Positions 1 to 9,859 of a DNA stretch of 64,000 nucleotides are shown piece after piece. The stretch is from a virus. Position 1 is the stretch's first letter, and every line of letters begins with the position of its first letter. The translations under genes and the position numbers were made by a program. The notes under the pieces were generated by a model, which was not told the DNA's origin, ran no database searches, and worked only from the letters and a program-made list of their open reading frames with translations. The stretch lies in IMG/VR virus record IMGVR_UViG_3300014885_000003, positions 4,737-68,736 of that record; one strand, given 5' to 3'.

Positions 1-653
1 TTCGATCGAACACAGCGCAGGCTGGCGGCGCGAACGACGAGATCATCCTCGACGCCGCCGCTTCGGCCGTCGACGGATTCTACAATGGGATGGTCGTTCG
101 CCTGACGGGCGGCACGGGTCAGTTCCAGATCCGTGAAGTCGTCGCATACACGGGTGCGACCAAGAAGGCTCGGGTCAACCGAATCTGGACTGCGAACCCC
201 GACGCCACCACGACATTCAAGATCTCGAAGGGCATCCTCTTCGAGAAGACTCCATTCGAGATCCTGGAGGTTCGCCGACCGTTCTACAACGCATCGGCCA
301 ATGCTCCGGGCGGGGGAGCAGTCGCGTACTACGAGAAGATCTTCTGCGCCAACACGCACGCGACACTGACGCTGACCGCGGCCAAGGTGATCGAGTCGTC
401 GGACCCCTCGACCAAGATCACGTTCGCCAAGGAGACGGTGAACGACGGCACCGGGACCAACGGAGTCGGCAACAATCGGAAGGTCGCGCCCTCGGCCGGC
501 GTGTCGGCGTTCGACAGCGCGGACAAGGACGTGAACGGGCTGCAGTTGGATGCTGCCGAGACCATGGGCGTCTGGCTCAAGCTGTCGCTGGACGACGGCG
601 ACTCGGCGCAGAAGACGACCTACACGCCGCGCCTCCGAGGTAACACGGTCTAG
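1..653 (+). CDS. Virion structural/tail-associated protein (5' partial)
   Basis: Frame open from the window edge to TAG at 653; Gly/Thr/Ala-rich beta-type composition; first gene of the tail block. Confidence 0.55.
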   Translation, partial: RSNTAQAGGANDEIILDAAASAVDGFYNGMVVRLTGGTGQFQIREVVAYTGATKKARVNRIWTANPDATTTFKISKGILFEKTPFEILEVRRPFYNASANAPGGGAVAYYEKIFCANTHATLTLTAAKVIESSDPSTKITFAKETVNDGTGTNGVGNNRKVAPSAGVSAFDSADKDVNGLQLDAAETMGVWLKLSLDDGDSAQKTTYTPRLRGNTV

Positions 654-682
654 GAGGTGTGATCAGAGCATAGGAGAACAGA

Positions 683-1981
683 ATGAAGCCGCTATTGTTC
701 CGCAGCACGCAATCGGGAGCGCCGGTGCTCTCAGGTGAAGTCGACAAGCTGATCGAGGTGCTCAGCGCGTCGCTCATCATCAACAAGGCGTTTGCTGCGG
801 TCAGTGGCGGCTCATTCCTGGATCGCACGACAGAGGCTCGTTTGGAAGGCGGCACAGCCTTCACGATGTTCCAGACGCCAGGCACGTCCGATGAGTTCTA
901 TATGGGCATGCCGAACGTATTCGATCGTGCCAAGTTTGATGTCGCGACCGCCGGCACGACCGATGGTACGTATGTCTGGGAGTACTGGAACGGTGCATCC
1001 TGGGCAACCCTTTCAGTCACGGACGGGACGACCGAGTTCTCGTTGGATGGTACGGTCACATGGACGATCCCAGGCAGCTGGGCGACCACCAGCGTCAACA
1101 GCGTGACCCAGTACTGGGTCCGAGTGCGGATGACAGGTGTTCCATCCACGAACCCAACCGTCAACTTCGTGACGATCACAGGGTGGACCGAGCAGTTCTC
1201 CAATGCCAGCAAGCGGGTGTATCGGCAGGGAGGAGGCAACGGGTTCGTCTTCCGTGTTCAGGATGACGGCGCTTCACCGCTGACTGATGCGAAGGAAGCG
1301 ACACTCAAGCCTGCCGAATCAGCATCGGATGTCGACACACTGTCCGCGCTCTTCCCCACCGTGGCCCAGGTGACCAACGGGCTCGTCCTACGCAAGTCCA
1401 CGACGGCGGATGCGACTGCACGAGCGTGGGTCGTGTTGGCCGACGAGAAGACCTGCTATCTGTTCATGGCATCCGGTGACACCGCGAACGCGTACATCGG
1501 AGCTCTCTTCGGGGACTTCTTTAGCTTCGTGACTGGTGACAGCTTCCGCACGGTCGGAATCGCTCGTACAGTTCTGAATAGCGGAGCTGCTGGAAACGAG
1601 CACGCTGACAAGCTGTCCGCCTTTGGCGCTGTGAACACTGGTCACTATGCGGCCCGCCCCTACACAGGTCTCGGCACTTCGAAACAAGTGGGCAAGCATG
1701 GGGACGGTGATACCGGGTCTCAGTCGATAATGCTCGGCACCATGACGTATCCCAACCCAGCAGACGGAGGTCTGTACCTCGCTCCCATCCACGTGCATGA
1801 GGGTGTGGATACCATTCTGCGCGGGAGACTCCGCGGCTTGTGGCACCAGCAGCATGCCATCGCGTCGTTCGCGGACGGAGACACATTCCAGATGGGCAGC
1901 AAGACGTTCCTGATCCTGAAGCAGACCCAGAACGCTGGAGCGTGGGTGCTGGAGACCAGCGACACGTGGGAAAGTAACTAG
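683..1981 (+). CDS. Tail fibre/virion structural protein
   Basis: 432 aa, GGAG SD, Trp/Thr-rich beta strands (YVWEYWNG, YWVRVR); tail context. Confidence 0.55.
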   Translation: MKPLLFRSTQSGAPVLSGEVDKLIEVLSASLIINKAFAAVSGGSFLDRTTEARLEGGTAFTMFQTPGTSDEFYMGMPNVFDRAKFDVATAGTTDGTYVWEYWNGASWATLSVTDGTTEFSLDGTVTWTIPGSWATTSVNSVTQYWVRVRMTGVPSTNPTVNFVTITGWTEQFSNASKRVYRQGGGNGFVFRVQDDGASPLTDAKEATLKPAESASDVDTLSALFPTVAQVTNGLVLRKSTTADATARAWVVLADEKTCYLFMASGDTANAYIGALFGDFFSFVTGDSFRTVGIARTVLNSGAAGNEHADKLSAFGAVNTGHYAARPYTGLGTSKQVGKHGDGDTGSQSIMLGTMTYPNPADGGLYLAPIHVHEGVDTILRGRLRGLWHQQHAIASFADGDTFQMGSKTFLILKQTQNAGAWVLETSDTWESN

Positions 1982-1984
1982 GTT

Positions 1985-2464
1985 GTGCCGGACCTGGGAG
2001 ACATCGGAAAGGCGAAGGAGCAAGCCGAAATCTGGGCTCAGTCTCAGGTTGGGTCTCAGTACTTCAAGGGTGTTCGTCTAAAGAAGGGTAGCCAAGGCCA
2101 GGAGTTTCTTCCTAGGAATACATCGCCCTCTTTGACAATCGGAAACCCAGTACCATCATTCCAGCAAGGTCCTGATTCTCGTGTTGGCCCTTTCTCATTA
2201 CCGTTGGAGGCTGGTACATACGGAGTGACGATTGATGTCCTCTTCGATCATGACGAGGCGCCGTATCCATTGGTCCGTATTCGAGGCCGCGCTGACTCTG
2301 GACTTGTGGCGGACGCTACGGCTTCAGCGATCTCGGGCACTGACTGGCAGATGATCACTGTATCGTTCACTCTACCTCGCGCTAGTGTGGTGGACATGTT
2401 CCTGGAGGTGCCATCGAAGAGAGAGGACATGCTGACGTGGTGGGACAACTTTAGCGTCTCGTAA
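1985..2464 (+). CDS. Hypothetical virion protein, possible carbohydrate-binding beta-sandwich
   Basis: WQMITVSF...WWDNFSV C-terminus resembles CBM-like domains. Confidence 0.4.
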   Translation: MPDLGDIGKAKEQAEIWAQSQVGSQYFKGVRLKKGSQGQEFLPRNTSPSLTIGNPVPSFQQGPDSRVGPFSLPLEAGTYGVTIDVLFDHDEAPYPLVRIRGRADSGLVADATASAISGTDWQMITVSFTLPRASVVDMFLEVPSKREDMLTWWDNFSVS

Positions 2465-2473
2465 TATATCTCA

Positions 2474-3406
2474 ATGAGCACCGGCGCATTCGAGTTCTTC
2501 CGCGATGGTGTGCCGGTACTACACACCACCGACACAGGAGCCTTTTCATTCTTTCGAGAAGGCTCCCCCATCCTGGAGTCTCAGGCCACTGTTGAAAATG
2601 AGCTGAATGGCGGGACTGGGATACCAGTTGAGTCGCAGGCCACACTTGAGGCCGGAACGTCAATCCCTGCCGAGAGTCTGGCCCTGGATCAGGATAATCG
2701 AGGCGCGCCGGTTGAGTTCCTGGCCAGTCCTGACGCTGGTAACGAAATCCCGATGGAGTGGGATGGAACTGAGCCGCTAGAGACCGGAGCGAGCGCTCCG
2801 GTTGAATGGCTTGCGGAACATTCGGCCGGCACGACTGTTCCAGTTGAATGGGGAATCGTTGACGTCACGGCTGGCAATCAAGTGCCAGTCGAAGTGCTGT
2901 CTAGTCTTCAAGCGTCTCCTTCTGCTCCAGTTGAGATCTCGGCAAGCGCTGATGCTGGTAATGAGATCCCTGTGGAGAGCGGCGGGACTGAGCTGCTTCT
3001 CGGCGGGACAGAGATCCCGGTTGAGTCACTCCAAACTCTCCAGACTGCCGGGTCAGCTCCAGTTGAAATCTCTGGCCGTACAGGTTTCGATCTGCTTCAC
3101 AGTTGGGACGTCATTCATGTTCTCGATACGCCTCTACTACACGAATGGAACATTGTTCGAGAGACCATCCAAGGCGCAGAGCTAGAGCACTCATGGGATG
3201 TTATCCAGGTCTTGCTAGCACTCGCGCACGAATGGCGTATTCTGAATGGAGACATCATCGACTTGTTCAATGCGAACACGGGGACCGGCGGATCATCTGG
3301 CGGAGCGCCAACGAACCCTGATAGCTCATGGGTCGACGGAGGCGCAGCGGTAAACATCGGAGATGACATCATGATGCCGGTAGGACGGGTGACCAAGAAT
3401 GCCTGA
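2474..3406 (+). CDS. Repeat-containing structural protein
   Basis: About 12 imperfect [IAV]P[VAM]E repeats, four LxHxW repeats, duplicated TGAFxFFRxG at the N-terminus. Confidence 0.55.
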   Translation: MSTGAFEFFRDGVPVLHTTDTGAFSFFREGSPILESQATVENELNGGTGIPVESQATLEAGTSIPAESLALDQDNRGAPVEFLASPDAGNEIPMEWDGTEPLETGASAPVEWLAEHSAGTTVPVEWGIVDVTAGNQVPVEVLSSLQASPSAPVEISASADAGNEIPVESGGTELLLGGTEIPVESLQTLQTAGSAPVEISGRTGFDLLHSWDVIHVLDTPLLHEWNIVRETIQGAELEHSWDVIQVLLALAHEWRILNGDIIDLFNANTGTGGSSGGAPTNPDSSWVDGGAAVNIGDDIMMPVGRVTKNA

Positions 3407-5186
3407 CCTGGATGCGAGTAGCTTTAGTATTCGCGCAAACCTCGGCGTTCCTGCTGATCAGTTTGACGCTGAGGTCGCGTCACCGGATGAGTGGGTCGAT
3501 GCAGATGATACCGACCGCATTTCGCTTCAGCTTGGTCTCATGAAGGCGGATGAGACAGAAGTTCTAATCTCTCACCTCGTCGACGGAGTTATTGACGAAT
3601 ATACCATTCGTGTTACTCCTGATGAGATCATCACGACCGTTCAGGGTCGTGATGGCATGGCGATCACACTGGATCGACAAGTCAATAAGACGTACCCTCG
3701 CGGCGCAGCGCAAGGCGGTACAGCTGATCGAGTCGACGCTGATGTATCGATCAAGGCCATTAAGCCGGAGATCGCGCCGACCGGCCGTTGGAGAGCGTCG
3801 GAAATTGCAGGGGACGTGATGGCTGAAGTCAGTATGCTTCAAGTCTCGTGGCAGGTTCGGGATTACGAACTGCGAGTGGACTTCAATGCGTCAGGGAGAC
3901 CGCTCGATATTCTTCGCCAACTCGCTGAACCTTGGGGTCAGGCCGAGTCCTCGCCGGTTGACATCTTCGTTGAAGGATCAGTCGTGATCGTTCGTAATCG
4001 CACACCTCAGCCAATCGAGGCATCGGCGTATCGATTCCATATCCGCGACGCTCGGATCAAGGACTTAACGATAACCAAGAGACCTCCGAAGCGTCTTGGC
4101 CGTGTGATCCTGGACGGCATGCTGATCCAGCCGAAGGACGATGTGGGAGTGGCGGCCTTCGAACTTAGTGATCCAACCCTTGACATCGAAGAGCGAAACA
4201 TCAAGGACGTGACGTCCAGCGAGGTCTCTGTCGTACGAGGCCCGGACGGACTGATCTTGGCTCAGACGTCTTCATCCATGAAGTATCGAATGCCTGATGG
4301 TGTCATGCTGGGACAAACCAAGACCACGCTGACTCAGCGTGGCAACGGTATGGAACTCACCCAGCGAGAGACGGTCGTCAATACCTGGGAGACAATTGAG
4401 TACGATCAAGGCGGGCGACCCCTGAAGCAACCGAACCAGTTGAGTGGAACGACAACGATAGAAGGCATTCATCCTGCGGACAAGAGCGGCACGTTCCAAG
4501 TGCTTCGGACAGAGGGATCTGGATTCGCGTATGACTCGGACAACTTCCTGACGATGACGACCACGGAGAAGCGGGAACTTAATCTGAGAAGTCGCGCTCT
4601 GGAAAAGCGGGAAATGGTCATTCGTCACTATCGAGACGTCGGACCGTTACTCTATGAGTTGACGACGACGACGTTTCAGTTCAACACTAAAGGAAACCGA
4701 TGGGACATTCTGAACCACGAAGTCACGCCAGGCGCTGGTCTACGACCTGGAGGACCTGGTCGATCGAAGACGTTCTTTATTCCAAAGGATGTTCTCAATC
4801 CAAGGAACCCAGGCGCTCCCGGTACCGGGATGCTGGTTCCGATCCAGTTGGACGAGACCATTTCGACGGACCCGCGAGCCGTTGACTTCACATACAGCAA
4901 TGAGAACTTGACGCTGGAGGATCTCCAGTACATCATGGCCCAACTTAGGGCTGGATCTGATCTATGGGAAGTTGAACTGACGTTCAATGCGATCACAATG
5001 CCGTGGCTGAAGAAGGGATCAGCGGTCTTCTTCTACGGACTGGAAAAGCCTGACGCGACGGCGATTGAGTTGAAGCCTGCGGTCGTGCTAGAAGTAAATA
5101 CGAGGTATGACGAGAGTTCGGAGGAGCCTTCCATGATTTCGAACGTGCGTTCCGTGTACTGGTTCGCTGTGCCGGTCATGGTCTGA
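3399..5186 (+). CDS. Putative baseplate hub/tail protein
   Basis: 595 aa; N-terminal GVIDE...VQGRD pattern typical of gpD/gp27-like hubs; tail context. Confidence 0.5.
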   Translation: MPDLDASSFSIRANLGVPADQFDAEVASPDEWVDADDTDRISLQLGLMKADETEVLISHLVDGVIDEYTIRVTPDEIITTVQGRDGMAITLDRQVNKTYPRGAAQGGTADRVDADVSIKAIKPEIAPTGRWRASEIAGDVMAEVSMLQVSWQVRDYELRVDFNASGRPLDILRQLAEPWGQAESSPVDIFVEGSVVIVRNRTPQPIEASAYRFHIRDARIKDLTITKRPPKRLGRVILDGMLIQPKDDVGVAAFELSDPTLDIEERNIKDVTSSEVSVVRGPDGLILAQTSSSMKYRMPDGVMLGQTKTTLTQRGNGMELTQRETVVNTWETIEYDQGGRPLKQPNQLSGTTTIEGIHPADKSGTFQVLRTEGSGFAYDSDNFLTMTTTEKRELNLRSRALEKREMVIRHYRDVGPLLYELTTTTFQFNTKGNRWDILNHEVTPGAGLRPGGPGRSKTFFIPKDVLNPRNPGAPGTGMLVPIQLDETISTDPRAVDFTYSNENLTLEDLQYIMAQLRAGSDLWEVELTFNAITMPWLKKGSAVFFYGLEKPDATAIELKPAVVLEVNTRYDESSEEPSMISNVRSVYWFAVPVMV

Positions 5187-5422
5187 TGCCAAATCCTACC
5201 TTCGCTCAAGCAGTGCGGTTGATCGCTGAGAAGACTGGAGGAGGTGTCAAGCGCGCTCGGATCGCCTCGACTGTCGGTGACAGCGCAGCAGTGCAGTTCA
5301 GTAGCTCGGTGACCGGAAGTGTCAGCACGACCGATGAACCTCTTTTCCCTGGTGATTCTGTATGGGTTCAGCCAATCGTAGGACGTGGAGGCACTATCGT
5401 CGCGATTCACGGCCGTGCCTGA
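5186..5422 (+). CDS. Small OB-fold-like baseplate protein
   Basis: TGATG coupling; PGDSVWV motif resembles the spike/gpV N-terminal OB fold. Confidence 0.45.
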   Translation: MPNPTFAQAVRLIAEKTGGGVKRARIASTVGDSAAVQFSSSVTGSVSTTDEPLFPGDSVWVQPIVGRGGTIVAIHGRA

Positions 5423-7721
5423 TCCAACGATTGGTCAGGCGTTCACAGAACTAATCAAGAAGACCCGAGGTCTGTCCCCGTCAGGAGCGCCGACCACCTT
5501 CGAACGTGTCGAAGCTACGTATGATGATGGTACTGCACAAGTTCTTGGGCAGCGCATTCCCATCTCCGGTATAGGGCCTGTTCAGGTGGGTGAGCGTGTC
5601 GTGGTCGCATGGAAGGACAAGCGGCCTCTGACGATCATTAAGCACTCCGCACGCCGTACTACAGTAGAGACTCCATCGCCTAGAGGAGGCAAGATCGTCG
5701 AGGAGCTATTCATTGCTACCAATAACGGAGTACTCGATATCTGGTTCAGGAACGCCAATCAGAACGTCCCTCTGGGTCTGTCATCGAACTGGGCCGGGTC
5801 TCCAGCCAACTTGAACACGCCGATCGAAGTGCGGTGGGGACAGGACAGGGCGCACTTCGTTGTGCGCACTGGCACTCCAACAGCAGGAGACATCACCAAC
5901 CAAGGCGCACACCCTTATGCATTCCTTCGCATAGTACAGGAGTTCTATGTTTTCGAGCTGACGAGGCAGAGCGAGACGACTCCAGTCGGTTCCTTTGCTG
6001 CCTCCGCGACACTGACCGGGAAGTTCCAGCCATACGGGGCGAACGGCACGTTCAATGTCTACAGCTTCGTCACACACTTCCATGCGGAAGCCGCGGTGTG
6101 GGGCCAGAAGTTCGATAAGACACAGACAGTCGGTGCAGCGTTCGTATCTATCGTGACTGATGACGACGTGGAGGCTGACACTGTTGATGATCGTACAGTC
6201 ACCCGGTCCTTGAAGTTGCAGGACATCTTGAATGGAGTCAATACTGAGTTCACGGACTCCATCAGTCTTGAGCTAGTGCGCCGTGTCTTCTACGGCACCA
6301 TCCAAGACTTCGGGACGAGCCGAGATGGCAAGTTGATGCTGGTGCTGTTGTTCAACTTGCACAACCTTGGCGATACGCTTTCAAGTGGAGGGACAGGAAG
6401 CATCACCGGAGACGCGCTCACAAGCTCTGGAGGAGTCGGCAACCCGACGCCGGAAGCCCCGGGAGATCCGGACTGCGCGGTCACTACAGTCTCCGCGGCG
6501 CGCAACCCTCAAGTCGTGCAGTCTCCCATTCGAGGGCACTTTGGAGGAGGGTCATTCGGCGAAGGCCACTTCATAGTTGTCAATATGCAGGACCAGACCG
6601 TGACGTGGATGTCGCTGAAGAACGCTGCCACGCTGGAGGGCATTTTCCGCACGACCATTCGGTATAACCCGATGTTGGTAAAGACTCTGTTCTCTGACTC
6701 GTCTCCTCCTGGTAGCGGGACCACGTGCTCGTTCAACTTGTTCTCGTTCAATTTGGCGGGCACTGGAGTGACGGAGCGTTTGTCTTTCACGGACCCGGAT
6801 GGGAGCGGGTGGATCACCAGGAAGATGCACTTGTGGGAGGAGACTAAGTTCCCGTTCATTGATGCAAGCGCGAACATGTTGGACGTGGACAGCACGTCGC
6901 TAGTTACTGAGTCAAATCTGTACACTCCATTCTCGTCAGGAACAGTCTCGGTGCCTCCAATTTCATCTCTCTCTGTGTTGAACATTGGTGTTCGATACAT
7001 CAAGAAATCGTTTGAGGAGCCTGGCAACTGGACCTATCGCATCAAGCAATCGATCCTGCTTGAGAGTGCAATCGAAGAACAGGGCGCCGAGCGTATACCA
7101 GCGGTCATTGCGGTTGTGGTTGACAGAGTTCGTCGACTCGTGCCGGTCGTCAGTCCATTCTTTGGAAAGGAGATCGGGGCGTTTGTCGTGACAGATACTG
7201 GCCAGCTCTTGGCGACGCTGTCTCCATTTACCACCACGAACGTAGCAACAGCCGCGACAAACGAAGATCGTTTTGCTTTGGGCAATGTGAAGGATGATGG
7301 CTCGAACATTATCCTCATGGCTGGGAACCGCTATCACGTGGTGTGGCGGAAGGAGAAGGACGCGGTCATTCAGGTTTTCCTGACACACGCTCAGAGCAAC
7401 ACAACGATTCAGATTGGAATAGACCTTGCAAAGTATCAGTCCCGAGGGCTCCTGGTGCTGAAGCGAGATTGGATGTACGACACCAAGGAGGACGAGGCTG
7501 GCCGGAAGTTTGTTGAGGCGTGGGACTTTGATACTGGGGCTCCGTCGCTCTCCATTGCAGCTCAGGACTTTCCTCCGGAGGATGTTGCGATGCAGCAAGT
7601 GAAGCAGCTGCTGGATTTAGAGGACGGGCAGGCCCCGCTCTTGGCGGCCACGTCCTATCAGGTGATCAACAGCCAGCAGATACTCAGCCCAGTCGGTCGG
7701 TTCAAGGAAGAAGGCACGTGA
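5415..7721 (+). CDS. Large tail spike/receptor-binding-like protein
   Basis: GTG start overlapping the previous stop; N-terminus paralogous to 5186-5422 (VGERVVV); beta-rich body. Confidence 0.5.
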   Translation: MPDPTIGQAFTELIKKTRGLSPSGAPTTFERVEATYDDGTAQVLGQRIPISGIGPVQVGERVVVAWKDKRPLTIIKHSARRTTVETPSPRGGKIVEELFIATNNGVLDIWFRNANQNVPLGLSSNWAGSPANLNTPIEVRWGQDRAHFVVRTGTPTAGDITNQGAHPYAFLRIVQEFYVFELTRQSETTPVGSFAASATLTGKFQPYGANGTFNVYSFVTHFHAEAAVWGQKFDKTQTVGAAFVSIVTDDDVEADTVDDRTVTRSLKLQDILNGVNTEFTDSISLELVRRVFYGTIQDFGTSRDGKLMLVLLFNLHNLGDTLSSGGTGSITGDALTSSGGVGNPTPEAPGDPDCAVTTVSAARNPQVVQSPIRGHFGGGSFGEGHFIVVNMQDQTVTWMSLKNAATLEGIFRTTIRYNPMLVKTLFSDSSPPGSGTTCSFNLFSFNLAGTGVTERLSFTDPDGSGWITRKMHLWEETKFPFIDASANMLDVDSTSLVTESNLYTPFSSGTVSVPPISSLSVLNIGVRYIKKSFEEPGNWTYRIKQSILLESAIEEQGAERIPAVIAVVVDRVRRLVPVVSPFFGKEIGAFVVTDTGQLLATLSPFTTTNVATAATNEDRFALGNVKDDGSNIILMAGNRYHVVWRKEKDAVIQVFLTHAQSNTTIQIGIDLAKYQSRGLLVLKRDWMYDTKEDEAGRKFVEAWDFDTGAPSLSIAAQDFPPEDVAMQQVKQLLDLEDGQAPLLAATSYQVINSQQILSPVGRFKEEGT

Positions 7722-7993
7722 AGCCAGCAGTCCTGATCGGATTGACTTGCTCCGTCATTGCTGTACAAAATGCAGTAGTGATTGATGTGCGGAGCCCCCA
7801 GAAGATTGAGCACGGCACTATCTATGAGCTGTGTGTCACGGACTCGACGCCGGTGCATATGCACATCTTGAAGCGTGAAGGTATCATTATTGATGGAACA
7901 CAAGTACCGAATCACCAGGGCAGTAGTGAAATCATTTGGAAGAGCTGGAGCGATGACCCGACGTACCCAACTCCAAAGGACCACGGCCCATGA
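7718..7993 (+). CDS. Hypothetical protein
   Basis: GTGA overlap with upstream stop; ATGA overlap downstream. Confidence 0.5.
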   Translation: MKPAVLIGLTCSVIAVQNAVVIDVRSPQKIEHGTIYELCVTDSTPVHMHILKREGIIIDGTQVPNHQGSSEIIWKSWSDDPTYPTPKDHGP

Positions 7994-8346
7994 CCAAACC
8001 GAAGAACGGTGGCAGAACGATGTGGCAGCAGTTCGCTGCCGCCATAGTTTTGACTGCTTTCGGTGCGATGTTAGGATTCACGGTCAATACGTTTGTCCGA
8101 GGCCAGGACCGAAGCCTAGCGGAAGTGACCCAGCGAGTCGATCGGGTTGAAGCGCTGGTGATCAAGATCAAGACAATACAGGAAGAGGCGCTGGTCAGCA
8201 GAGGCGAAAGATTCGCCCGGATCGAAACGAGCGTGACCGCACTACAGGGAGAAGGCGTACAGTTGAGATCGGCACTGTCCACGGAGATCCGAGACATCAA
8301 GGATGCGCTCCGACGACTGGAAGAGAAGATCGATAGGAGGAAATAA
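7990..8346 (+). CDS. Membrane protein with coiled coil (holin-like)
   Basis: One N-terminal hydrophobic helix plus heptads; immediately upstream of DUF5675. Confidence 0.5.
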   Translation: MTKPKNGGRTMWQQFAAAIVLTAFGAMLGFTVNTFVRGQDRSLAEVTQRVDRVEALVIKIKTIQEEALVSRGERFARIETSVTALQGEGVQLRSALSTEIRDIKDALRRLEEKIDRRK

Positions 8347-8781
8347 ATGGAGCTGACACTTCGACGAACGCGATTCACGTCTCACAGCACAACCGGCACG
8401 CTGGAGATCGATGGGGCCTTTGAATGCTACACGCTGGAAGACCATGTCCGTGACGACCCGGACCCAACGACCAGAGCGAACGAGGCAAAGATTGCCGGCC
8501 ATACGGCGATTCCTGCCGGGAGGTATCAGGTGCAGATGACTCACTCGCAGAGGTTCAAGACGATCCTACCGCTGCTGGTTGGCGTGCCGGGGTTCGAGGG
8601 AATCCGTATTCATGCCGGCAACACCGACAAGGACACCGAAGGGTGCATCCTGGTCGGCCAGACAGTGGGTGAGGATGCGATCGGACGCAGCCGACTCGCT
8701 CTGGAGGCCCTGCTGCTCAAGCTGAGCGGAGCTCCGACTTGGATCACTATCATTGATCAGCCTCCTGTGGAGCAAGGTTGA
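8347..8781 (+). CDS. DUF5675 family protein (putative L,D-transpeptidase-like endolysin)
   Basis: TLED...TAIPAGRY...IRIHAGNT.KDTEGCILVG motif; GGAGG SD. Confidence 0.85.
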   Translation: MELTLRRTRFTSHSTTGTLEIDGAFECYTLEDHVRDDPDPTTRANEAKIAGHTAIPAGRYQVQMTHSQRFKTILPLLVGVPGFEGIRIHAGNTDKDTEGCILVGQTVGEDAIGRSRLALEALLLKLSGAPTWITIIDQPPVEQG

Positions 8782-9146
8782 TGGCCAAGAAGATTGGTGC
8801 CGGTCCATTGAAGAAGCTGGTCACGACTACGAAAGGATGGGCCGCGGTCATTGGCTCGCTTGCGGTCATCGTTGGGATCGGGTGGGGAGCACTCGTCAAG
8901 ATGGACGACAAGTACCTCGTTCGTCGGGAAGCGGATGTGAAGTTCCACGCCCAGGATACTGCGATCATGACCGTCGCTGCTGATGCCAGCCAGGCGGTGC
9001 TGGAGATCAAGAAGGAAACGCTGGAGGACAAGATCTTCCAGCTCAGGAATGAAGGTCAGAAGCGAAGGCTATCGGACTTCGAGCGGAAGCAGTTGGAGCA
9101 GATGGAGCGGGAGCTCAATCGGGTTGAGCAGCGATTGAAGAAGTAG
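8778..9146 (+). CDS. Membrane-anchored coiled-coil protein (lysis cassette)
   Basis: TM segment WAAVIGSLAVIVGIGWGAL plus coiled coil. Confidence 0.55.
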   Translation: MMAKKIGAGPLKKLVTTTKGWAAVIGSLAVIVGIGWGALVKMDDKYLVRREADVKFHAQDTAIMTVAADASQAVLEIKKETLEDKIFQLRNEGQKRRLSDFERKQLEQMERELNRVEQRLKK

Positions 9147-9158
9147 AGGAGGAACCAA

Positions 9159-9260
9159 ATGGTGTGGGTCATCGCTGTCTTGGTCATCGCCTTGGTCGTC
9201 ACGAACCTGAAGACTGTGCGCGGCTGGATCGAAGCATTCGTCGCGTGGCGTCAACACTGA
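9159..9260 (+). CDS. 33-aa membrane peptide (not in ORF track)
   Basis: GAGGAGG SD, MVWVIAVLVIALVVTNL..., TGATG coupling to the next gene. Confidence 0.6.
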   Translation: MVWVIAVLVIALVVTNLKTVRGWIEAFVAWRQH

Positions 9261-9667
9261 TGGGATTCACCTCCAGCTGGAAGTTCTGGGCTGCCGTCGC
9301 TGTCGTCATTGTTGGATTGGTGATGTGGATGCAGCTAGGCAACGCGATCTGGAACTGGCGCTATCACCCAAGTCAGACGGTTGACGAAGGGCGCAAGACG
9401 ATAGATGATCTGGAACAAGTCAAGAAGGAACGAGCAGCGTCGCAAGCCGTTATCCGTGACATGACGAAGAGAATCAATGATCTGTCGGCTGATGCAGTGA
9501 GGCTTCGTTTCAAGGCTGATGAGGAAGCCAAATCTCGTCTGGCTTCTGATCGAACAATCTCGGACCTGCGGATCAAAATGATCGAGCTTGAACGGTCACG
9601 TCAGACTCAACCGAAGGCGACGACTGTGTCCGAGGCTGTGACAGCACTTCAAAGGCTTGGGTACTAA
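9260..9667 (+). CDS. Spanin-like inner-membrane coiled-coil protein
   Basis: N-terminal TM (FWAAVAVVIVGLVMW) plus long coiled coil in the lysis cassette. Confidence 0.5.
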   Translation: MGFTSSWKFWAAVAVVIVGLVMWMQLGNAIWNWRYHPSQTVDEGRKTIDDLEQVKKERAASQAVIRDMTKRINDLSADAVRLRFKADEEAKSRLASDRTISDLRIKMIELERSRQTQPKATTVSEAVTALQRLGY

Positions 9668-9859
9668 AATGGCAACGTTCATCTTCGCCTTCTTCGTGCT
9701 TTTTACCGACGGCTCCAGGATCGATGTGCGCTATGTCAGCTTCGTCAAACAGGACTGCGAAGCTGTAGGAGGGAATTTACACTTTCAATTCAGTCATAAC
9801 GTCAACGCTCAAATGACGAAGGGAATACGAATCACAAACAGATGCGAGGACGCTAGCTG

